From contig CM082576.2 of NCBI GenBank assembly GCA_040954595.2, forward strand, positions 14,697,129 to 14,761,128: a stretch of DNA of 64,000 nt, written 5' to 3'. A model generated the notes under the pieces. It made no database searches. It saw nothing but the letters and a program-made list of their open reading frames with translations, and was not told the DNA's origin. This DNA comes from Balanoglossus misakiensis. Its lineage: Eukaryota; Animalia; Hemichordata. The translations under genes were made by a program, and so were the position numbers. This document shows positions 55,097 to 64,000 of the stretch, in pieces (the first letter of the stretch is position 1; every line of letters starts with the position of its first letter).

Positions 55097-57576
55097 AAGT
55101 ACTGAATGACCACGCCAAGTTGAGTCTGTCTAATCTTTCGTGGAGCGCGGCAAGAATGCGGAAAAAATAACAAGAATATTTGATTGATTTGATGGTGTAC
55201 GGATTTCCTTTACAAAACTTTCGACTGTCGTGACTTTCAGAGTAAGTGACGTCACAAGCGACGACGTCAGGAAATGCTCTACAGCGGTTTGTTCGCTTGG
55301 AAAATTTGTTTCCCGCCTTCCTAGCAAGCTTAAGGGATATACAAAGAAAAAGGATGTTTAAATTCCTAAAAGAAAATAGTATTTTCCAAGGATAGGATCG
55401 CAGAATAAATACATTACGTATGGTAGTGCACAAAGCCTAATATATAAAAATCTAAAATGTCTTGGGCGATATTTTAACAGAATTCTGATTGATTTTAATG
55501 TAATACGACGTGGTTTTTTGTGCAAATATAAAGAAGACGGTTGTTCATTAATGACACAGTATTAAGTCCAATCTTTATTTGAAATTTGCTTAGTGTTGGA
55601 AACCGTGTGTTTAATAATAAGAAGATAAGCGCGATCCAAACTGACATTTTTTCTAAAGAAGAGGGGTTTGACGTTTGCATGCAGCGGACAGAGAAGAGCT
55701 GACAGCGACCGCTTTTACTAACGACATCAAAATGAGATTTGAAGCTTTAAATGAAGGATGTAGTGGTATCAATTAAAGTCTCCCATCCGACGTTTTTCCA
55801 CGTTAATTTCAAGAATTGTCAGTTTATCTGGGAACATTAAAGCCTGCAATCAGACCTTTTTTGTAGCGGCTGTTGGCCTGATAGATTTATGTCATATACA
55901 TGTATATTTATATGGATGGTCGCTGATTTGAACTTTCTGGTTTAATAGGTTTAGGTCAACATGTTTTCGTTGCAGGGTTGAATTTCTCTCTAAGATTGCT
56001 TGTCTGCTTTCGGGGACAAATTCTGTAGAAGCCCGACAGTAAAATTCCTGTGAAAATACTGAAATGATCCTTGAACAAATGTAAGTTTTCCGCAGTCAGT
56101 AGGATTTTACTTGCTGTGTGATCATAGGCTTCATTGCAAACCCACTTGAAATTGCATATATTTGTTCTGGGTTATTTGAAAACTTCGAGTGTCGTGGGCA
56201 AAATATCACGCACATTACGTCGCGTTGCAAACACCACGGCTGTACAAATTTTACTGCTCGGCCTGCCTCGAGAGGTCAAACCGGGTCACGGAAGCGATGG
56301 AACACGTAAATAGTTTACGGGTCTTATGAACAAAAGGATGGAGGAATGCATTTTTTTTTTACAATTTTGTAATTTTGACAACTCAAAGTGTGTAAAAGCG
56401 CTGTGCATTTTACATCAGTGATAACGAATAAAAGTTTACCAAAATAAGTTTACTTTGATGCGTTCGTTTGGAGATTGGTTGCATTTTAAAAATAAGGGCA
56501 TTTGATAAACATGAAAGGGGGGGGGGAATCCATGTATTAACAAGAAAAGCACCATTTCTGTTGTTCATGTACTGGATGTTAAAAATCCGTAGACGAAATA
56601 TTATTTGGCGAAATTGTCTTCCCCGCGAGTTTAAAATATGAAACTATTTGCTCTGGATCCCCAATAAAATATTTCTGCCCTTACCATAAATCCTATACCG
56701 GCCAGAGTTTGTGTAGTTCCGGATTGTGACTAAGTTCCCCCACGCCATGATCTGTTTTCGTTCAACAGATGTACAAGTACATGCCAGGGATGCCTGTGTC
56801 TGTCTGTTATTTGTTTTCAGTTTTGAGAATTTAGGTCAAACACACGACACCATGATTCAAAGTCCCAGCCATTCCGCACGTACAACTGGAAATTACACTC
56901 GGTATATTATTTTCGGAAGGTACATGTTTTCAGATAAACGAACCAGAAATTAAAACAAGTAGGGACACAGTTGCTAATTATTTGGCATCCAGTGGGAAAC
57001 TACACACCACACTTGGTATGCTAGAGGATCATGGGCTGTGTTGTGTCCTTGAGTTTAGGCACTTCTACTTTTCATTACTTCTCCTCCAACCAGGAGTATG
57101 GGTACTTTGTAAGATTGGGTTTGTACAAATGTGATCCCAGCATTGAATAAAACACTTGCCCCGACCCCCAAGTTGAGTAGGGCAGTAATGGTTTGGGATA
57201 TACCGTAAAACATGTCTCTCTAGCTATCATGTTATTTCAGTTAATTTAGCTAGGTGCGTAAATTCACTAATTTAAGATACCGCTAATTCAAACTTTTCTT
57301 TATATAGCTACCATGGTTACGATGTCTTCATAACTAAATAGCAAAATTGTACGTAAAATCCAAATTCCCCCCAAAAGCATGCCAATATATCAAAGTGTTT
57401 TACAGTATATGCACTATATAAGAACATTCTTCTGATTATTATAAATAGAAATTATTATTAGTAGCAGTAGGGTTTTACTGCAGGGAGTGTATTTTACTGG
57501 AAGGGGGCTCAACCCATGGTATTCTGGGTAAAAGCAGGAGTGACTGATAATATTGATGATCAAGTATGGTAATTCA

Positions 57577-57733
57577 CACTTTTCATAAGTCGAGCGCCCT
57601 CACACAGCAACCGAGAATTTGATCTCAAAGTGAGGCCAATGGGGAAAAGTTGACCAATCACATTGCCAGTGTTTACCTATTGGCCTCGCTTTGAGTTCAA
57701 ATTTGTGAGGGCGCAAGACTTATGAAAAGGGTG
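57577..57733. repeat. Palindromic MITE-like element
   Basis: CTTTTCATAAGTC..GCGCCCTCACA..CTCAAAGTGAGGCCAAT is mirrored by ATTGGCCTCGCTTTGAG..TGTGAGGGCGC..GACTTATGAAAAG. Confidence 0.7.
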
Positions 57734-59554
57734 TTTAGTACATACAGTAAAGAAAGAGACATGATAGTTTTTCACCAGTATTTATTGACTCTGACTCGAC
57801 AAAGTGTGAGAATCAAGGAGATCGGCGCCCGGGGCAGTACTGCAAAACAACACTACCACCAGACATTACATGATATGACAACTGGTCAAAATATATCGAT
57901 CTGTTTTATGTACAAATAGCACCAGTAAAACTCCGTGTCCGAGGTTCCCACTGGGTTTAATATAAACGGTTATACTTTCATTTCAAACAATGGATTCCTG
58001 GTGCACTTGTCTTACGATCACGCTTTGTATAAAGAATGTGGAAACAATTCTGATCAGTTCTCGGAGTTTGGCCAAAATACATGATCTCACTTCTAAGGTT
58101 GCATGTATGCGTTTCACTTAAACATCTCAGCTTGCATATCACAAATGTTATCTCTACTCCTCTGCGAAATTTACAAATATGCAAGCACAGAAGATATGCG
58201 CAGAATTTGCAGAATGTCGCAGAGAGAAATTGACCTGTCCATAAACCATGCAATAATTAATTCATCTATCCATGAACATTCATTTCTGAACACTTGATCA
58301 TGGAAAGCTAGCTTACATGTTGAAATTAATTGTCAAGGTTCAGAGATTTTGCCAGCAGCAACTTTAAAGTAAACTCGCACAGTCACAGTTATTGTATCGC
58401 TTTGGAAATTGACATAAGATGCTGACCAGATGGTCATGGATATAGGCATCTCCAAGTGAGTGTTAAATAATCCAGTTGACACAGACTGAAAACTCAACGG
58501 GTAACAAGCTTATCATCTTTCAAACCCCCCAGTCTCTAAGTAAAATCTAGAATATGATAGGTGTTTTTTTTTTAGTTAATCCCGATACACTGTGACTCCA
58601 TGAAGTTAATAAAGCTTGCAAAATATTGCACAGATCCTCAATTGTTTTCATACTGCATCAGCATTACTAGTGGAACATTCAACCGGGAATCTGTTACAGT
58701 CTTGGAAAAAAATACAGTTAAAACAAATTATGATAAAAAGTTGTAATGTTCATCAGAATCTTGACAGTTCCTTACTACATTATGGTGATGCGAATTTTAG
58801 AATGAGACTCTGCGCAACATACCCTGAATGTATCATAACTGTCCTGTGGCGCAAACGTTCCAATTATGGCAGCTATTGAAAACAGCCTTATAAAGAGGAA
58901 ATCTAATAAATTGCATTGTCAGAAGTTAAATATTTCACAAACTTGTAAGATGACATCAGGCCTTGAGTTAATAATATAGTGCATTATTATAGACGATAAT
59001 TAAATATTTCTGAGAGCTTTAAGTTGCCTTGCAGCTGGAAATATAATGAATCCATCACAGTTGTGGTTCTAGTTACCCTTGTTGTCCAAGTAGAAAACCA
59101 GCCACAGAAGTATGTACAAACACAGACATATATCCTGGCTGGAATGCCCTGAACTCATAATGACTCCACCTAACATTTTATGAACATGTTTTGACCACTT
59201 TGTTTTTTTTTGATAATTAACCATCCTTGACCTAGCAAGTATGGTCACCAAAACAGTGTTTTGATACTTCTGAGCTAGTCTTGACGAAAGAAAAATATAT
59301 ACTGATGGTGAATAACCTAATTTAAAACCTATTAGGCCATTTAAACCAATCTTATTATCTCGATATGATACAAACTCTTACATCTTACAGGAAAAGAAAA
59401 GTCTGAATTCAGAATTAACACCAATACATCCAACATCTGTTTAAAGTAAAATAAAAAGTCAAAACTTTGGAAGACTGAAGTATATAGTTACGGTACTTGA
59501 TGTTGAGTGTCATGAATTCATTTCACAGTTACGCACATACATGTATATGTAGCT

Positions 59555-59780
59555 TATGTATGTATGTATGTATGTATGTATGTATGTATGTATGTATGTA
59601 TGTATGTATGTATGTATGTATGTATGTATGTATGTATGTATGTATGTATGTATGTATGTATGTACATGTATGTATGTATGTATGTATGTATGTATGTATG
59701 TATGTATGTATGTATGTATGTATGTATGTATGTATGTATGTATGTATGTATGTATGTATGTATGTATGTATGTATGTATG
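59555..59780. repeat. (TATG)n microsatellite
   Basis: Near-perfect tetranucleotide array with one interruption. Shorter microsatellites lie at ~8695-8750 (CA), ~16305-16390 (GACA), ~29569-29634 (TCAA/TCTA), ~30458-30515 (CAGTA), ~33778-33811 (CA), ~40799-40895 (AAAC), ~62687-62877 (CAT). Confidence 0.97.
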
Positions 59781-60557
59781 AGGACTGTGCAGTTGTACCA
59801 ACATCAGTTGTGTGTGTTGACATTGACACCAATTACTGTGTCTGGCACACTGCTGCTGTAACACAGTTCAAGGCTCAGGGGAGAAATTTCAGTTTATAAT
59901 CAAATTATACATTCTAGTAATAGGAGAGCACAACTGAAGTGTATGCTAAAAATATACCAAGATTTTAACGAGTACTCTTGTGGCAAATATAACTGCCCTT
60001 TGATTTTTGATATAACATGGCGATGTAATACAAACAGTTGCCAAAGACAAACAGAAAGAGAAAGTTGTCAGATAGAAACAACATCAGCTAATGGAAAACT
60101 GCAGATGTGTGGAAGAAGCAGAGGTTTTCTGTCCTGCTGCAGGGACGCAAAATACATGATATGAAGAGACTGCCACTTTCAAATTGATTTTCGTCAGTCT
60201 TGATGCATTGAGCAGACAGACTATAAAAAATCCAGCCTCTGACCTGAATGCTTTTGAAGCAGTTGAAAATAATTTTTATCAAAAACATCTAGAAGCACCT
60301 TGCAAAGAATTAATTTTGCACTGAAATGATAAATATTCCCAACATAGCAGATTTTGTTATAATTTACAACAACTCTGATGATACATTATTTGGCGAGACC
60401 TCCAATTTAATGTAGCATCAGTGAATGCACAAATTCATCCATTTTCTTATAGAAGCACAAGACAAAAAACTTTGTTTCTGTAATTTATGGTTATACAGGA
60501 GAAACTCCCGCAAAAGATTGAACTGCCTATTCAGGAAATGGTGGATAAATACAGTAA

Positions 60558-60742
60558 AGGTATAGGGTCACCTATGCAAATATAGCTGGTTACCATGGCA
60601 AATTGAGAGCTACCCAATCACAGATTTTCAGTGGGTGGCACACGCGGAAAAAAAACAGCGCCACCATATGTTCTTTAGAACGCGCAAATACTCCTTTTCA
60701 GCCATATATGGGCGTATGTAAATTGGAGTTGACCATATACCT
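60558..60742. mobile_element. Short TIR MITE (Kolobok-like)
   Basis: AGGTATAGGGTC...GACCATATACCT|TTAA. A related inverted internal segment is at ~52940-53005. Confidence 0.6.
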
Positions 60743-61476
60743 TTAATGCAACAGTGACAGAAACCACACTTGTCACTGTGTATTTGAATTTTGTGACAAA
60801 TTTTCTTGTGAGTCCCTTATATGCAGGGAAGTTTAATATACTAAGCCTCTGTGCACTAGCTGAATTGCACTTGTAAATGGTAATGTTGACTGATGCTTAT
60901 AATCAGTTCTGTACTTGCACTGAAACACTATAAGATGCAGTTTCTAAGCTCATGTCCCTGAGATGATTATACGTACACACATGAAGATACAAAAGTACAG
61001 TCTCAGAGATTTACTAGTTTTTCTGATTGACCTTCCACGGTGCAGAGGAACTGTTATTTCAAAACATGATATGTTGCAATATAGATAATCAGTATTGGAT
61101 TTATATCCATTCTTTCTTGATGCTAGCATGTCATTTGGTAATTAAATGCCTCATACAAGAAGAAATAATTGTTATCTTTCCAAAAATATTTTGCAAATAT
61201 CTCATTTACTCTAGCCTAACAGTAGATACTGATGGTGGTGGTGGTGGTTGTTGTTGTTCAGCATGGAATGCTATGAATTATCACAGAGTGTAGTATGACT
61301 GCAATGCACAGTTTGGTCAACATGAGAAATTTGGGACTGAAATGAGATTTGGAATTCAAACAGCAATGACTAAATGTGCCAGTTCAGCAACTTAAAAGGC
61401 CCATATTGGGTGACATAGGCATTTCAATACATATAAAAATAGATCTTCTTGTCTGTGCACGAAACTGTGTATTGGT

Positions 61477-61720
61477 CCCTTACGAAAATGTTTTATAAGA
61501 TTTCTATAGAATTCTATAGAAGTCTTATAAGATGCTGTAGTCTTGTAGTTCCATGGAATTGTTATGTCTATAGATGGTTTATAGTATTCTACAGAAATGT
61601 ACACAATTCTATAAAATTTCTATAAGAATCTTATACAACTTTTATAAAAATAATATAAAAAGTTTCATAAAATCCTGTTCAAATGTCTATAAGATTCTTA
61701 TAAAACCTTTTCGTAAAGGG
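61477..61720. mobile_element. TIR element with CCC..GGG ends and internal CTATAGAA/TATAAGA subrepeats
   Basis: CCCTTACGAAAA...TTTTCGTAAAGGG. No clear TSD, so the superfamily is uncertain. Confidence 0.6.
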
Positions 61721-62844
61721 TCAGATGTGTATATTGTGACCTATCATTAAAGCTGTACGCAAGACTGGTACCAATTTGTGAGGATCGTTTCAGATGTGTA
61801 CAACAAATGCTTCAGTGGATAGGAGAATTGGGTTTCTGTCGGTAATAGTCTGGGGTATAAAATGACTTGCTTATTTGAAAGCATGTTTAACGTTCATTGG
61901 CGAAATTTGAGACAGCCAATACTTGCTGTATTTATATTCCAGAGTACATGTAATACTTAATTGACTCATTTGGTCATGCCACGCAGTCAACCGACTCACT
62001 TAACCAAAATACAAGGTTTATTCAATGTTTAATACCCTCAGTGTGGTTGAAGAGTAGTGGCGACTAACCTTGAAAATTAGGAAGACAATGCTTCATTGAA
62101 ATGCAAATAATTCACAAGAATGCTGGCATTTTACCAAACATGCAGCTTCTTTGATCACTTGAAATTTCATTGAAGCCAAGGTTTTGGTTATTGTAAAAGA
62201 AAATGTAAATTAATCATGCCCCAGTTGCCCAATCTCTTGACTACAAAAGGAAACTGCCAAGCAATTGCTTTGTGCTCAGGTGCCAACTTTTTAAAGAATC
62301 TGATTGAGATGTGTTTGGAACCTGCTCCGTGCAGACAAAATGGCAGGTGAGAGTGCTTTGACAAAAGCACAGCAAGACATACTTGCAAATTCTTTGTTCA
62401 TTTCTCAATGAAAATATATGGGATACAAAAAATTAATATTTCGAGCCATCACTGCAACAGAAAATATAAGTGTAAGCTTAGTTGGTATAAGATTAACCAG
62501 CCATGAAATACGCTGATGAGAAATCTTAAATGTGGAGTGCAATAAACTAAAATTCGTATTTTATATGTTCAAAAAAAAAGAAAACAATTAACAATAAAAG
62601 CAGAAACAAAATTAAAACAAAACCATTATATACATTAATGTTCTCCTGTGTAATTCACACTCTATAACTTGAAAAAATCATTTCTGTCATCATCATCATC
62701 ATCATCATCATCATCAATGTTATTATGGTATACCTCGTTACATATATTATTATTCTGATTGTATACAATATTGTAACATATACATGTACCGTATACATCA
62801 TCATCATTCATTCATATCATCATTATCAATTATAAATTACCCAC

Positions 62845-62877
<33 letters not shown>

Positions 62878-63637
62878 AGTGTTTGTTTACATCTGTGGTA
62901 AACACAGTTCCCTGTGCAACTTCATGGATGCAGAATATAGCTTTAGCAATTCTATCTAACTTATTAAAAGCAGTCGTGGGTGAGTATTTAATAATTTAAG
63001 ATTTAAATATATGTACATCTGCGATGTTCCTATGCGTTACAGCCATCCTTAGATTCCTGTTTGGTAAAAATGCAACCACCATTATCTGTATCATTTTGAA
63101 ATTGACAACCATATATACAGACAACATCCATTTATACCTACCAGTTAATGGTTAATGTAGTCGAATATCACACATCAAAAAGTATGCAACCAAAAAAACT
63201 CTAAGTACGTCTTGTAAATGAGAGTTGGAAATAAGTTATACCAACATTGAAAAAGCTGGTTAGTAAATGAATTTGAGACAGACAATAAAGTTTCAGGCAT
63301 TTCGCGACAAAAATGACACATGGCTACTCTATGGCTCAGATCTGCTTATACTGAACTAAAACAATGTACTCCATACAGTTTATGCAAAAAAGATGTCAAT
63401 TACTTGACTATGAAAAGAGTGCAATAATTTTACCCATCACATTACAGACATAGAACGTACGTGTCAAAAGGACCAAAATACAAGCCTCTTCAAGTTTTCT
63501 AAAAGTCTAATTTCTACATGTATATACATATACTATAACGTCTTGTATGCTCCTTGTGCTGGCTGATCTTTATCTGGACGCTGCATGACCACCGATACAG
63601 CGACACAAACACAAAATACAAATGTTCGGTCATGTTG

Positions 63638-63804
63638 TCATGGCGATGTTTCAGATGTGACCATGTAGTCTGGAAATATATGAGCCAACATGAAGAGGAC
63701 AACATCACAGGACGTCCAGTAGGCGGTGTGAGATGTCACCGCTGACAGGTAGGCATTCTCCATGGTTCCTTCCCGTAGTTCGTAGTCTATTCGATATTCC
63801 AGCT
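63638..63804 (-). CDS. DDHD1: Last coding exon of phospholipase DDHD1 (PA-PLA1); the rest of the gene lies beyond the window
   Basis: Acceptor ttgttttcag followed by (E)LEYRIDYELREGTMENAYLSAVTSHTAYWTSCDVVLFML. This matches the DDHD1 C-terminal DDHD-domain motif as recalled (RIDFELREG...SAVTSHTAYWSS.DVALFL). Confidence 0.88.
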
Positions 63805-64000
63805 CTGAAAACAAGATGGCGGTAACCATGAGTCAATAAATGAGGCACAAACAAAAACATCACTATTCAGTTATATACATGTGATAGGCATGCAAAGAAG
63901 TAGATAATATAGTATGAAAATTTATGTGGAGATTTTTTTCTCCAAAGCCAAAGGTTCTGTCACATTAATCTTTGCCCTAGGAATAGACCTCCATTTATCA

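Noticed and set aside
59497-59899. ORFs reading MYVC/HTYI repeats
   Set aside because: These are translations of the (TATG)n microsatellite.

Overview
AT-rich, intron-containing animal genomic DNA. Invertebrate origin is an inference from compact genes, MITE-rich introns and the absence of vertebrate-type repeats. I assembled the exons by hand, checking splice sites and reading phase. Complete genes: TMEM87 (-, 16 exons, one AT-AC U12 intron), ERLEC1 (+, 11 exons, head-to-head with TMEM87), PTGR2 (-, 7 exons), TMX1-like (-, 6 exons, CPAC), a 168-aa bacterial-type short-chain L-asparaginase with two spliceosomal introns (-), and FBXO48 (+, head-to-head with the asparaginase). There is also a probable 2-exon small ankyrin-repeat gene (+) and the last coding exon of DDHD1 (-). 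The ankyrin gene's ~9-kb intron holds a tail-to-tail inverted duplication of an LTR-PBS-gag 5' end, with a foldback DNA transposon nested in one LTR. Highlights: (1) the intron-bearing short-chain asparaginase, a candidate horizontal acquisition; (2) orphan U12 signals in both introns flanking the TMEM87 AT-AC intron; (3) the intronic retrotransposon hairpin, a candidate small-RNA source. No tRNA, rRNA or CRISPR array was seen. Family assignments are from recalled motifs, not database searches.
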